Assembly: GCA_964478595.1 (NCBI GenBank)
Contig: CAYZIN010000003.1
Location: forward strand, 1,357 to 65,356
DNA from: an uncultured Candidatus Saccharibacteria bacterium
GTDB lineage: Bacteria > Patescibacteriota > Saccharimonadia > UBA4664 > CAZJNH01
Direction of reading: 5' to 3'
DNA: 64,000 nucleotides
Made by a program: the position numbers and the translations under genes. Positions 38,424 to 48,007 of this stretch are shown here, piece after piece; within the stretch, counting starts at the first letter, position 1; every line of letters begins with the position of its first letter. A model generated the notes under the pieces. It was not told where the DNA came from. It ran no database searches and saw only the letters and a list, made by a program, of their open reading frames with translations.

Positions 38424-38729
38424 ATGAAAGCAGTTATACAAACAGGCGGAAAACAGTATCTGGTCGAAAAGGGCCAGACTTTAAACGTGGAATTATTGAA
38501 CACGGCCAAAGACAAGGCCGAGTTTGCGCCGCTTTTAGTAATTGACGGCGACAAAACTCAAATCGGCAAACCGACGGTTGAGGGTGTGAAGGTTAAGGCC
38601 GATGTTTTGGGCGAAGCCAAGGGAGATAAGATTAAAGTAATGAAATTCCGTAATAAAAAGCGGATCAAGAAATTGACCGGCCACCGCCAACGCTACTCCC
38701 AAATCAAAATCACCGCCATCGGCAAGTAA
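38424..38729 (+). CDS. rplU: 50S ribosomal protein L21
   Basis: It has L21 sequence (MKAVIQTGGKQY...) and an AAGGAG-like RBS. No rpmA follows. Confidence 0.9.
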   Translation: MKAVIQTGGKQYLVEKGQTLNVELLNTAKDKAEFAPLLVIDGDKTQIGKPTVEGVKVKADVLGEAKGDKIKVMKFRNKKRIKKLTGHRQRYSQIKITAIGK

Positions 38730-38744
38730 CACTGTCCGCAAATC

Positions 38745-38771
38745 AGCGCCTTGAAAAGGCGCTTTTGGTTT
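38745..38771 (+). terminator. Intrinsic terminator after rplU
   Basis: The hairpin is agcgcctt-gaa-aaggcgct, followed by tttggttt. Confidence 0.65.
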
Positions 38772-39331
38772 GCTAAGATTCTGGCCTGTTCTGCTGAAAC
38801 TTGATAGCTGAATTGGTTTGAGTTGACTAAGTTGGCGGATACCTTGAATCGTCATCGCCTCGCAGGAGGTGTGTGACGTTTGTAGGGCAGCGCCCGCTGG
38901 GGGCGGATTTGGCGAATAATCATCGTGGCCATCGCGGTGGTTACATTCGACCCAGTCTCTGTGGAGGACAACGATTGGTTGTCTCGCCGATGTTGATCGC
39001 TTTAGCTTCCTAGCTTGGGTCTGGCTGGCAAGCTTCCACACCGGAAGCCACACGCCCGCAGTAGCCGGCCAGATCCATTTTTTGAGTGAGACGCGCGCCT
39101 CCTTGGTGAATCTCGGGGGAGAGCGCATCATCATGGCCGCGTCTCACTCAATTTTTCGGACCGGCTCTGGCACGGTCCACTGGCTCGGTGCCGAAGAAAT
39201 TGCGGCGGAGCCTTACGCCGCAGGGCCTTCTTGCGGGCACCGAGCCCAGTTTCCCGGCAGCTTTGGGACTTCCCTTTTCCAGGGATCTCCCTGAAGCTGC
39301 CGGAGTTTCACCGGAATAGATACCCGGCCAA

Positions 39332-39364
39332 CCCCCGACCTCACGGTCGGGGGTTTCCTTTTTG
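39332..39364 (+). terminator. Strong intrinsic terminator inside the ORF-free region
   Basis: The hairpin is cccccgacc-tcac-ggtcggggg, followed by tttcctttttg. Confidence 0.65.
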
Positions 39365-39373
39365 ACCGCCCCG

Positions 39374-39402
39374 TTGACAAGCACTTTGGCTGGGAGTAGT
39401 AT
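39374..39402 (+). promoter_or_regulatory. Consensus promoter TTGACA-17-TAGTAT
   Basis: The -35 is at 39374-39379 and the -10 at 39397-39402. No ORF with an RBS follows it. Confidence 0.55.
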
Positions 39403-39408
39403 CTCGTC

Positions 39409-39769
39409 TTGGTGTTGACATTGTGGCCGATGCTCACGGCAGCACTCTCGAGGGATTCGAAAAGCCGCTATTTCGCCCTGCATCTGCGGGTGTCGTGCGA
39501 GATAGTGGGTTCGTTTCTATCACGGGAGAGGGCTTTCGGGCCCGGGTTCGACTCCCAACGGCCACGCTGCAGTAGTTTCCGGCCCAAAGGGGGACGGAAA
39601 AAGGGCGGCAATGCCCACGAGTTTTCCGAAAGGAGTGATAGGTACGATGACCTCTGGTCGCACTCTGTCTGAGGATTTCTATGGGATCAACATCGACGCG
39701 ATCGACGCGACGACGGCGTAGTACACGCCACTTGCAGTCGGAGACCCCGGGGCTATACGCCCCGGGGTC
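39409..39769 (+). ncRNA. Candidate structured ncRNA of about 360 nt with a tRNA/tmRNA-like T-arm motif; identity unresolved (tmRNA-like or tRNA-like Y-RNA-like)
   Basis: The segment is bounded by a consensus promoter and a strong terminator. It contains UUUCGGGCCCGGGUUCGACUCCC (compare the E. coli ssrA 3' region UUUCGGACGCGGGUUCAACUCCC). A 7-bp GUGGCCG/CGGCCAC pair at 39423 and 39560 encloses about 137 nt. A short tag-like frame reads ...INIDAIDATTA*. No convincing protein ORF is present. Confidence 0.3.
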
Positions 39770-39780
39770 ATCCTTTTTAT
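39743..39780 (+). terminator. Intrinsic terminator (11-bp GC stem + T-run) ending the ncRNA unit upstream of parB
   Basis: The hairpin is gaccccggggc-tatac-gccccggggtc, followed by atcctttttat. Confidence 0.7.
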
Positions 39781-39820
39781 AACGCGGTAATGCTAAAATA
39801 CGCTTTAGTAGGAGGTTGTT

Positions 39821-40702
39821 TTGCCAAAAGGGCAGAGTTTTCAGTCTTTAATTCCCACCGATCTAGTCGAGTTGCAGTATGACATAACTGCTTCTGGTGA
39901 CGAGGTTGCTCAAATTGACCCCGAAATTATCGATCCCAATCCTCATCAGCCGCGAAACAATTTTGACGAAAAAGAACTCTTTGCGCTAGCGGACTCAATT
40001 AAACTTCACGGTATTTTGCAGCCGCTAGTTTTAACACCGGCCGGTAACCGTTTTCATTTAGTGGCAGGTGAAAGAAGATTACGAGCGGCCAAAAGCTTAA
40101 GTCTAACGGCGGTACCAGCTATTGTCCGCGACTTTAATGAACAACAAAAGGTTGAGCTGGCCCTAATCGAAAATTTGCAGCGGGCGGAACTTAATCCAAT
40201 CGAAACGGCAACGGCCTACCAAAAATTAATCAGCCAATTTAATCTTTCCCACGCGGAGGTGGCCAGGCGGATTGGGCGAGATAAATCAACTGTGACCAAT
40301 ACCTTACGGCTTTTGGGTTTGCCAGAGCGAGCCAAGGAAGCGCTAGTTAACGGCGAAATTAGTGAAGGGCACGGCCGGGCGATTTTAACTTTGCACGATC
40401 CCGAAAAAAGAGCCGAGCTAGTCGATTTGGTGATCAAAAATCATTACAGCGTCCGCCAAACCGAAGAGTTTGCCAGAAGCTACGGCCGGCACGAACAAGG
40501 CCGGGAGCGAGCCTTTAAACGAGTGGCTGGCTTTAGCGGCGGGGATGAAATCTCCAAGAAATTAACCAAACTGTTGGGCAAAAAAGTCCAAACCCTACCT
40601 ACGGCTGTAGGCGGCCGGTTGGTGATTTATTTTAACGACGAATCAGAACTTGAGGTTTTGGCCGAGGCGATTGAGCGCGGCTGGAAGGGGAAGATTAAGT
40701 AG
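39821..40702 (+). CDS. parB: Chromosome partitioning protein ParB/Spo0J
   Basis: The start is TTG with a GGAGG RBS. It has the ParB box GERRLRAAK and an HTH region. Confidence 0.85.
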   Translation: MPKGQSFQSLIPTDLVELQYDITASGDEVAQIDPEIIDPNPHQPRNNFDEKELFALADSIKLHGILQPLVLTPAGNRFHLVAGERRLRAAKSLSLTAVPAIVRDFNEQQKVELALIENLQRAELNPIETATAYQKLISQFNLSHAEVARRIGRDKSTVTNTLRLLGLPERAKEALVNGEISEGHGRAILTLHDPEKRAELVDLVIKNHYSVRQTEEFARSYGRHEQGRERAFKRVAGFSGGDEISKKLTKLLGKKVQTLPTAVGGRLVIYFNDESELEVLAEAIERGWKGKIK

Positions 40703-41419
40703 GCGAATTTCGTTAACCGGCAATAGCCGCAAGATAGCGACGCCGATGATATTTTCGCTAGGCAAAAAACCCCATTCACGGGAGTCGTAAGACCCGCCGG
40801 GGGTGCGGTTATCACCCATCACAAAGACGTTCCCCGGAGGCACCACTTCATCGATATCACCTTGCGTAACAGCATCCCTTTCAACTGGATTATTGGCGTC
40901 CGGGTCAAAGCCCTCTGGGTGCTGTGAGTTGTAGATTGTAACCCTGCCGTCTTTGACAACTACGCGATCACCCGGCAAACCCGCTACGCGCTTGACGAAG
41001 GTTTGGGTTGGACTGGGTGGGGCGATAAAGACGACAACCTGCTCGCGGTGAGGGATGTAATAAACGTGCTTAGCTGACCCGCCGCGCAGCTTAGTAAAGC
41101 TAGCTCCGACCTTAGAAATGATTAAGTAGTTAGAATCTTGCAGAGTGGAAAACATGCTTGAACCGACTACTTGATAGGCTTGAAAGACGAAAAAGTGCAA
41201 AACGATAACGATTGCAAAAGGAGTAATTAACCAATTAAAAATCGTCCGGACGGTAGCCCAGACTATCCCTAATGCAGCGCCGGAGTTGTCATCTTCGTCT
41301 TCGTCGGTTTGATCGGGCTTAGTAGGGTGCTCCAGTTCGGCGAGCAGTGCGTCGGCTTCTTGCTTGGCGGTTTTAGGGGTAGCTTGCGGCGCTTCGTCTT
41401 CGGTCGATTTTTTTGGCAT
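40643..41419 (-). CDS. lepB: Signal peptidase I
   Basis: It has the catalytic Ser box VVGSSM, the Lys box KRVAGLPGD and the GDNRTPGGSYDSREWG motif. The start is set at MPKKST (41419). The ORF-track extension to 41533 overlaps the divergent LCP gene. Confidence 0.85.
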   Translation of the reverse strand: MPKKSTEDEAPQATPKTAKQEADALLAELEHPTKPDQTDEDEDDNSGAALGIVWATVRTIFNWLITPFAIVIVLHFFVFQAYQVVGSSMFSTLQDSNYLIISKVGASFTKLRGGSAKHVYYIPHREQVVVFIAPPSPTQTFVKRVAGLPGDRVVVKDGRVTIYNSQHPEGFDPDANNPVERDAVTQGDIDEVVPPGNVFVMGDNRTPGGSYDSREWGFLPSENIIGVAILRLLPVNEIRLLNLPLPAALNRLGQNLKF

Positions 41420-41532
41420 AGTCAAAAGTATACAGGCCAAAGCGCCCCTCCGGCTACCCTTGCACCTGAAAGGCCGAAACGCTAAACTGGTCGTCTGGAT
41501 CGAGTTCAACGTATGAGTTAAACTTAAGCGCA

Positions 41533-42924
41533 ATGACTGAGCACGACGAGCAGGCTGAAACCTTAATTATCGAAGACGCAGAAGAGGTTTTGGTTAAACA
41601 AAAGCGAAAATTTTGGAGAAAGTTGAAGAATCTGAAACGCTGGCAAAAAGCTTTACTGGTGGTGGCCGCTGTAGTGTTGGCGGTTATCGTTGTATTGGGC
41701 GTCAAGACGTTGCTCGCCACCAAGCGGATTTTGACCGCAACTGGCAGCGCGCCGGTTTTGTCTGGAGACATTAGCCCCGACAAGCTCCGTAAAGAAGGCG
41801 ACAGCCGGGTCAATATTTTGCTATTGGGCATTGGCGGCGCCGGCCACGACGGACCGGATCTTTCCGATTCAATCATGATTATTTCGATCGATCCAAAGAC
41901 CAAAACGGCGGCGGCCTTGTCGATCCCACGGGACTTATATGTCCCGATTGGCCCAAACAACAAATATGGTCACGCCAAAATTAACGCCGCTCACGCCTAC
42001 GGAGAGCAAGAGGATTATCCGGGCGGCGGGCCGGCGCTGGCGAAACAAACGGTTGAGAATCTGCTCGATTTGCCGATTCATTATTACGTTAGGACCGACT
42101 TTAACGGTTTTAAGACTGCGGTTGATGCTGTAGGGGGAGTCGACGTCTGTGTCGACAAGCGGCTGTACGATCCCTACTTCCCGCTCGGCGAAACCGGCGA
42201 TTACACGGTGGTTAATATTGCGGCGGGCTGCCAGCACATGAACGGCCAGCTAGCCTTGGAGTATGCCCGGTCGCGGGAAACTACGAGTGACTTCGATCGC
42301 GCCGCTAGGCAACAAAAAATTATTCTTGGCCTTAAAGACAAGGTGTTTTCGGCTGGGACCTTGGCCAATCCGGCTAAGGTATCCAAACTAATCGATACCG
42401 TTGGCACTCACGTTAAAACCGACCTGTCTTTATCGGACCTTATGAAGCTGATTAAGCTGACAAAGCTAATCAATAACAATACCGTGCAGAAAAAGGTTCT
42501 GGACACCTCCGACGCCGGACTGTTGAAATTTGGTTTTACGCAAGACGCTGGTTCTATCGAAGTGCCGCAGGCGGGGATCGACAATTTTCTCGACATTCAG
42601 ATCCTGACTCATACTTTATTCCCAGACCCTTACATAGCCGAAGAACATTCAGCGGTTGAAGTGCAAAACGGCACCTACCGTAGCGGGTTGGCAACCACGG
42701 TTACCAAGCTGCTAAAGGGGTATGGGTACAACGTCGTCAATACCACCACGGCTCCGCAGCAAAACTACACCAAGTCGGTTCTTTATGACTACTCTGGCGG
42801 CAAAAAACCCTACACCATCAACTATCTCGAGCGCCGATTTGGGGTAAAAGCGGTTAAAGCGGCCCGTCCCACCGGTTCTAGTACCGACATTACCTTGATC
42901 GTCGGATCAGACTACGAACCTTAA
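41533..42924 (+). CDS. LytR-CpsA-Psr (LCP) family cell-envelope transferase with LytR_C domain
   Basis: An N-terminal TM helix is followed by an LCP core (NILLLGIGG...DSIMIISID, RDLYVPI) and a C-terminal LytR_C-like domain. Confidence 0.85.
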   Translation: MTEHDEQAETLIIEDAEEVLVKQKRKFWRKLKNLKRWQKALLVVAAVVLAVIVVLGVKTLLATKRILTATGSAPVLSGDISPDKLRKEGDSRVNILLLGIGGAGHDGPDLSDSIMIISIDPKTKTAAALSIPRDLYVPIGPNNKYGHAKINAAHAYGEQEDYPGGGPALAKQTVENLLDLPIHYYVRTDFNGFKTAVDAVGGVDVCVDKRLYDPYFPLGETGDYTVVNIAAGCQHMNGQLALEYARSRETTSDFDRAARQQKIILGLKDKVFSAGTLANPAKVSKLIDTVGTHVKTDLSLSDLMKLIKLTKLINNNTVQKKVLDTSDAGLLKFGFTQDAGSIEVPQAGIDNFLDIQILTHTLFPDPYIAEEHSAVEVQNGTYRSGLATTVTKLLKGYGYNVVNTTTAPQQNYTKSVLYDYSGGKKPYTINYLERRFGVKAVKAARPTGSSTDITLIVGSDYEP

Positions 42925-42925
42925 G

Positions 42926-43696
42926 ATGAGACTAAGGCTATTCAAACTACCAAGGCTGGCGGCGGCGTTTGTGGTGGCGGCTATTTTGAGCGGAGCGGTT
43001 TTTTGGTTGGCCCATTTGGGTTGGGCAGCGCCCGATCACGCCGTAGATAGTAGCTGGGGGATCGCCGCTTTCGCCCTGGTGTTAATTAGCAGTTTGTATT
43101 GGCATGCCAGAAGCGGGCGGCGGCTGACCCTAGCCTCCCGGCTGTTACTTGGTTTTAGCTTTAGTTTATTGATATTACTATCCGGAAACTGGTACCTCGC
43201 AGCGGTTTTTGGCTTCGCCTTTACGGCGCTGCTAGTCGGTATAGTCCAGCGCCATCTAACGCCACCGGTGAGATTGGCCGTTGCTGGCGCAATGCAGTTT
43301 GCGGCGTTGTGGGCGATTTATTTGGCCGGCGCGGTGTGGAAGTGGCCAATGTTTTGGTTGTTGGTTTTAACCTACGCCAGCGCCTACATTTCGGCCAGCT
43401 GGCTACTTGATGGTTATGAAGAGCGGGCTCGCCGACTGTTAGCCACAGCTTGGGGTTTGATCGCCGGCGAATTTGCCTTCGTGTTTTCGATCTGGTTGGT
43501 TAACTACATAATTAAAGTCGTAGTGTTGCCCCAGGCTGCCCTGGTTATTTCGGCGATTGGTTACGTTTTTGCCGGGATTTATTTGGCGCACAAAGATTCA
43601 AAACTGGGCCGTTTTCGTCTGGCGGAGTATTTATTGATCGGGCTGCTTCTAATTGTGATTGTGGCGGTTGGCACAAAATGGAGCGGTAGCCTGTAG
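42926..43696 (+). CDS. Hypothetical polytopic membrane protein
   Basis: It has about 7-8 hydrophobic helices. No family was recognised. Confidence 0.45.
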   Translation: MRLRLFKLPRLAAAFVVAAILSGAVFWLAHLGWAAPDHAVDSSWGIAAFALVLISSLYWHARSGRRLTLASRLLLGFSFSLLILLSGNWYLAAVFGFAFTALLVGIVQRHLTPPVRLAVAGAMQFAALWAIYLAGAVWKWPMFWLLVLTYASAYISASWLLDGYEERARRLLATAWGLIAGEFAFVFSIWLVNYIIKVVVLPQAALVISAIGYVFAGIYLAHKDSKLGRFRLAEYLLIGLLLIVIVAVGTKWSGSL

Positions 43697-43726
43697 CCTT
43701 AAGCGATTTGATATAATTTAATTTAA

Positions 43727-44848
43727 ATGGCAGCCGAAGACCAAGAATCATTAATACCCCGAGCAATTGTCGAAAAGCTTCTGGTTTTGGCGCTGCTGGC
43801 CGGTTTGGTTGGCGGCGTAGTTGGCGGTTGGGGCTGGCAAAAGCTGGAAACTCTTAGTCCAACGGCCGGAAAAGAGCTGGTTTTGCAGGAAAATTCGGCG
43901 GTAATCGACGTTGCCAAAAAGGTTTCACCGAGTGTGGTCAGCATTACTACCGTGGCTACAGTAAATAACGTGTTTGGCTTTGGCCAAACCGAAGAAGGGG
44001 CCGGCACTGGCATGGTGGTCAGCTCCGACGGCCTGATTTTAACCAACAAACACGTTGTACCGGTAGGGACGGCGTCGGTCAAGGTTTTTACCAACGATGG
44101 CAAAGAGCTTGACGGTACGGTAGTGGCTCGTGACCCAAGTAATGACCTGGCGTTCGTGAAAGTTAACGCCAATTTACCGGCGGTCCAGTTGGGTGATTCG
44201 TCTAAAGCCGAAGTAGGGCAAAGGGTGATCGCGATTGGTAACGCGTTGGGTCAGTTCCAGAATAGTGTGACCTACGGGGTCATCTCTGGGGTTGGTCGGC
44301 CGATCCAGGCGGGGGACGAAACCGGTGGATCAAGTGAGTCGTTGCAAGACTTGTTCCAAACCGATGCAGCGATTAACCCCGGTAACTCCGGCGGCCCGAT
44401 GGTGAATTTGGCCGGGCAGGTGATTGGCATTAATACGGCTATCGCCGGTGACGCTCAGAACATTGGCTTTGCAATCCCGATCAACGAAGCCAAAGGAGAT
44501 ATTTCTAGCTACGAGAAAAACAAAAAAATCGTTAAGCCATTTTTGGGTGTGCGGTTTATTCAAATCACGAAAGAGTTTGCCGCCAGCCGAAATTTGCCGG
44601 TTTCAGACGGTGCCTACGTCGATGCCGATGGTGCAAACCCGATTGTCGATGGCAGTCCGGCCGCCAAAGCTGGGATCAAGGCCGGTGACATTATAACTAA
44701 GGTCGGTAATGAAGCGGTCGATTCGAAAAGTTCGTTAACTGCTCTAATTTCCGAACATCAGCCCGGCGATAGGGTGGCTCTGACAATTCTGCGCAACGGT
44801 AAAACCCAAGTCGTAAACGTCACCCTTACCGAAGCCCCCAGCCAATGA
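43727..44848 (+). CDS. htrA: HtrA/DegP-family serine protease with PDZ domain
   Basis: It has a trypsin-like catalytic triad including GNSGGPMVN, plus a C-terminal PDZ domain. Confidence 0.9.
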   Translation: MAAEDQESLIPRAIVEKLLVLALLAGLVGGVVGGWGWQKLETLSPTAGKELVLQENSAVIDVAKKVSPSVVSITTVATVNNVFGFGQTEEGAGTGMVVSSDGLILTNKHVVPVGTASVKVFTNDGKELDGTVVARDPSNDLAFVKVNANLPAVQLGDSSKAEVGQRVIAIGNALGQFQNSVTYGVISGVGRPIQAGDETGGSSESLQDLFQTDAAINPGNSGGPMVNLAGQVIGINTAIAGDAQNIGFAIPINEAKGDISSYEKNKKIVKPFLGVRFIQITKEFAASRNLPVSDGAYVDADGANPIVDGSPAAKAGIKAGDIITKVGNEAVDSKSSLTALISEHQPGDRVALTILRNGKTQVVNVTLTEAPSQ

Positions 44849-45192
44849 TGGCTTTAATAGTTATTTTGATCGTAGTAGTCATAATCGCCGTCAAGCGAAC
44901 GGCTCACTTTTTGGTTTCCCAACTTGGCAATACGCCAACCTCTAAAACTTTAAACATCGACATTACTCGGCGGTTTTTGAAATTTCTCTGTCTAACCGCG
45001 CTAGTAATTCTTGTCTGGTCGATTTTCCGGCTCGCCGTTTCTTCTTCTTGGTTACCATTTCAGCAGTTTTGTTCGATCCATTGCTTGTCGCCGGTTGGGG
45101 TTTACGCGCTGTATTTGAGTGCAGCCATCGGCTCTTTTGAGGTGCTACTAATAGCCATGCCCTACGCTAGGCAAAACCCTAAAACGAAGTAG
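44845..45192 (+). CDS. Small hypothetical membrane protein
   Basis: It has two or three TM helices. It overlaps the 3' end of the convergent prmC by 30 nt. Confidence 0.35.
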   Translation: MMALIVILIVVVIIAVKRTAHFLVSQLGNTPTSKTLNIDITRRFLKFLCLTALVILVWSIFRLAVSSSWLPFQQFCSIHCLSPVGVYALYLSAAIGSFEVLLIAMPYARQNPKTK

Positions 45193-45938
45193 GATTGGTC
45201 GCGGAGTTTGAGGCCGGCGTTGCCGGCTATTTTAATTAGTTCGGGTTGCTGCCAGGGATCGGATTCGATAAAGACGTGCCCAGCTTTGGCTAAATGTTTT
45301 GGCAGCTGCTCGAAAAATTTACGATAAAGATCCAAACCATCTTTACCTCCAAGTAGAGCAACTTTTGGTTCGTTTTTAACTTCGGGGAGCAGATCGGAAT
45401 CATTTTTGAGGTAGGGGAGATTAGCGACAACGGTTTCGAACTGGCCGGCGACTTTAGAGAAAAGGTCAGATTCAACGAGCTTAATTTTGACATCGTTTAG
45501 CTTCGCATTTTCTTGGGCGACCTTGAGGGCGGAAGAGGAAACATCGGTGGCTGTGACGGTTAGGTCGGGACGGTTAACTGCGATTGAGATAGCTAGGGCG
45601 CCGCAGCCAGTGCCGATATCGATTAGTTTAGAGTCTTTGGGTGCGCCTTTAATGGCTAAATCGACGATGGTTTCCGATTCCGGGCGGGGCTGCAAAACGT
45701 CGGGGGTGATTATGAGTTCCAGGCCGTAAAAGTCTTTACTGCCCACCAAATGAGCGATCGGGACCCGCTTTGCCCTCTTAGCGATTAGTTCTTCAAGACC
45801 CTCAATTTGCCTTTCCGGGTAGGCTAGAAGAGTTGATTTATCGGTGCCGGAAACGTATTCGGCTAGCACTAAGGCATCGAGCTCCGGCGAAGAAACGCCG
45901 GCCTTGGCTAGTACGGTTTCAGCCTGTTTGATCGTCAT
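45162..45938 (-). CDS. prmC: Release factor glutamine N5-methyltransferase PrmC/HemK
   Basis: It has the SAM-binding motif [12 protein letters not shown] and NLPY (the NPPY family). It is coupled to prfA. Confidence 0.85.
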   Translation of the reverse strand: MTIKQAETVLAKAGVSSPELDALVLAEYVSGTDKSTLLAYPERQIEGLEELIAKRAKRVPIAHLVGSKDFYGLELIITPDVLQPRPESETIVDLAIKGAPKDSKLIDIGTGCGALAISIAVNRPDLTVTATDVSSSALKVAQENAKLNDVKIKLVESDLFSKVAGQFETVVANLPYLKNDSDLLPEVKNEPKVALLGGKDGLDLYRKFFEQLPKHLAKAGHVFIESDPWQQPELIKIAGNAGLKLRDQSYFVLGFCLA

Positions 45939-46968
45939 GAATGGCGCCGGCTTTCATTAGTTCGGTCATGACATCGTCGATATCGCCGTCCATAAACTTT
46001 TCGAGGTTGTGACGAGTCAGGTTAATACGATGGTCGGTCACGCGATCTTGGGGGAAGTTGTAGGTGCGGATCTTTTCGCTGCGATCGCCGGTACCGATTT
46101 GCCCTTTGCGGGCGGCGGAGGTGGCGGCGCGTTCCTCTTCTAGCTTTTTGGCGAGAAGGCGAGATCGCAAGACGCCCATAGCTTTCATTTTGTTCTTAAG
46201 CTGGGAACGTTCATCCTGGCAAACAACCACTATCCCGGATGGTTTGTGGGTTATTCGGACAGCCGAGTCTGTGGTGTTAACCGACTGGCCGCCATGGCCG
46301 CCGGATCGAAAAACGTCGATTTGCAAGTCGTCGGTATTAATTTCGACATCGGTTTCTTCGGCTTCGGGCAAAACGGCAACGGTGGCAGTCGAAGTATGAA
46401 TACGACCCTGCGATTCAGTTACTGGTACTCGTTGAACTCGATGCACACCGGACTCAAATTTCAGTCGGCCATAGGCGCCGCTGCCGCGTAAAGCAAAAAC
46501 GATTTCTTTAAACCCGCCAGTGTCGTTTGAGCTTTGGCTGATCAGCTCGGCTTTCCAGCCCTGGCGTTCGCCGTAGCGAATGTACATACGGTAAATCTCT
46601 CCGGCAAAAAGGGAGGACTCATCTCCGCCTGCACCAGCCCGAATTTCGATAATGGAGTCTTTTTGGTCGTTCGGGTCCTTGGGCTCTAGCGCTTCGGCTA
46701 GTTGCTCGTTCACTTGGGCTATTTCGGATTCAATCCTGGGCAAATCCTCCAGTGCTAAGGCTGCCAGTTCGGGATCGGTTAAGGCCTCTTTTGAATCAAT
46801 CAGCTCCTTTTCCAGTTGATGCTGCCGGTCAAACAGCGCGATAGTTGCTTGAAGATCGGAGATTTGCTTAGAAGTCTTACCATAATCGGGCGAGCTGTAA
46901 GAAGTCTCCGTCAATTTCTGACTGAGTGATTCGTAGTCGGATCGGATTTTTTGCTCTTGTGGGTTCAT
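45919..46968 (-). CDS. prfA: Peptide chain release factor 1
   Basis: It carries the GGQ motif ([10 protein letters not shown]) and an RF1-type PVT tripeptide. Confidence 0.9.
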   Translation of the reverse strand: MNPQEQKIRSDYESLSQKLTETSYSSPDYGKTSKQISDLQATIALFDRQHQLEKELIDSKEALTDPELAALALEDLPRIESEIAQVNEQLAEALEPKDPNDQKDSIIEIRAGAGGDESSLFAGEIYRMYIRYGERQGWKAELISQSSNDTGGFKEIVFALRGSGAYGRLKFESGVHRVQRVPVTESQGRIHTSTATVAVLPEAEETDVEINTDDLQIDVFRSGGHGGQSVNTTDSAVRITHKPSGIVVVCQDERSQLKNKMKAMGVLRSRLLAKKLEEERAATSAARKGQIGTGDRSEKIRTYNFPQDRVTDHRINLTRHNLEKFMDGDIDDVMTELMKAGAIHDDQTG

Positions 46969-47082
46969 AATTGAATGTAATGAGAAGCAATGCTGGCATA
47001 TGCTTCGAGTGGAATGAAATTATACATAGTATACTTTTAGCCTAACAAAAAGACGCCTAAGTGGCGCCAGATTGTAATTAAG

Positions 47083-47400
47083 TTATTTAGTTTCAGATTC
47101 AGGTAAATCGACGGTTTCGGCTTCAAGTTTTTCTTCGATCTTTTCAACTACGGCCTCTTCAATCTTTTCGGACTTCGAGTTTTTGGCTTGGGATTTCTGC
47201 GCGGCAGCACGGCGGGCGTTGAATTTATCAACCCGACCAGCGGTGTCGACCAGCTTTTGTTTGCCGGTGTAGAAAGGATGGCAATTCGAACAGATCTCCA
47301 CCTCGATAGAAGGAATAGTGGAGTGGGTTTCAAAGTCCGTGCCGCAACCGTTGCAGTGGACTTTAGTGACCATATATTCGGGGTGGATGCCCTGTTTCAT
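47083..47400 (-). CDS. rpmE: 50S ribosomal protein L31 (with acidic C-terminal extension)
   Basis: It has CxxC...CxxC L31 zinc motifs (CNGCG...CSNCH). Confidence 0.9.
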   Translation of the reverse strand: MKQGIHPEYMVTKVHCNGCGTDFETHSTIPSIEVEICSNCHPFYTGKQKLVDTAGRVDKFNARRAAAQKSQAKNSKSEKIEEAVVEKIEEKLEAETVDLPESETK

Positions 47401-47461
47401 AACTGAATCAGTTTAAGGGAAAACCCCGAGGTAATCAAGAGGCTAGAGAGTAGGGAATAGG

Positions 47462-47490
47462 TTGACAAAACGTAAGCTTTATGCTAATGT
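47462..47490 (+). promoter_or_regulatory. Promoter TTGACA-17-TAATGT
   Basis: It lies about 155 nt upstream of the 47650 ORF, implying a long leader. Confidence 0.45.
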
Positions 47491-47649
47491 TGCTCGGTTC
47501 ATTCGGACTTGTTCTGGATGAGCGCTCCTTACAAAGATCCCTTTAACGGGATTTTGCAGTCACAACCCCTCTGTGGTTTGTGGCTGCTTATCTGGTTGCA
47601 ATCACCCTCATGCAGCCAGTTAAGCAGCTCACGAACAGAGGAGGAAACG

Positions 47650-47862
47650 ATGAAATTGTGGCGGACTCTCTTGGTCGCTGCAACGGCTTTCTGTCTGACC
47701 TGGCTCTACATTCTGACGTTCCCTCAGCAATTGTCCTGGAAGCTCGTCGGGGTTTTCTCCGCGATCACTCTCGCGGTGAACACCTTCGCCTGGCTGATCG
47801 AGCGCATTGTCGAGGAGCACTCCGATGAGCTGAAGCGCGAGATCAGCCGTCAGCTTAGCTAG
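47650..47862 (+). CDS. Small two-TM membrane protein (70 aa), GC-rich island
   Basis: A strong AGAGGAGGA RBS precedes the ATG at 47650. The upstream part of the ORF-track frame lacks an RBS. Confidence 0.45.
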   Translation: MKLWRTLLVAATAFCLTWLYILTFPQQLSWKLVGVFSAITLAVNTFAWLIERIVEEHSDELKREISRQLS

Positions 47863-47937
47863 GGTTTCCCGGGGGCGACTCCTACGCAGCCCGTCCGGCT
47901 CTAACGAGCGCCCCCGGGCTGAATTACCGCGTCGGAT

Positions 47938-47996
47938 GTCCCCGGGCGGGTCGTAAGCAGCCTGCCCGCAGCCCGCAGCCCGTCCGGGGACTTTTT
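47938..47996 (+). terminator. Long GC-rich hairpin + T5, a terminator candidate
   Basis: The outer stem is gtccccgg...ccggggac, followed by ttttt. Confidence 0.5.
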
Positions 47997-48007
47997 AAGG
48001 GGGTGAC

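Noticed and set aside
38535-39134. 199-aa minus-strand ORF spanning rplU and the ORF-free island
   Set aside because: It overlaps the well-supported rplU on the opposite strand and runs through a terminator. Its low-complexity translation makes it a GC-driven artefact.
39082-39672. ORF-track ORFs within the island (39082-39294 plus, 39148-39483 minus, 39213-39437 minus, 39409-39672 plus)
   Set aside because: They have no RBS, overlap the promoter and terminator elements, and translate to low-complexity sequence. Non-coding RNA is the better explanation.
38772-39820. Standard (non-permuted) tmRNA, RNase P RNA, SRP RNA or rRNA fragment in the ORF-free island
   Set aside because: None of the family hallmarks is present. 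These are the RNase P P4 motifs GGAAAGUCCGGGC/ACAGAANCCGGCUUA, the SRP domain IV GGAAGGAAGCAGC, and a 5'-GGGG with G3-U70 acceptor and 3'-terminal T-arm for tmRNA. An internal terminator at 39332-39364 also splits the region. Only a tRNA-like T-loop motif remains, which is reported as uncertain.
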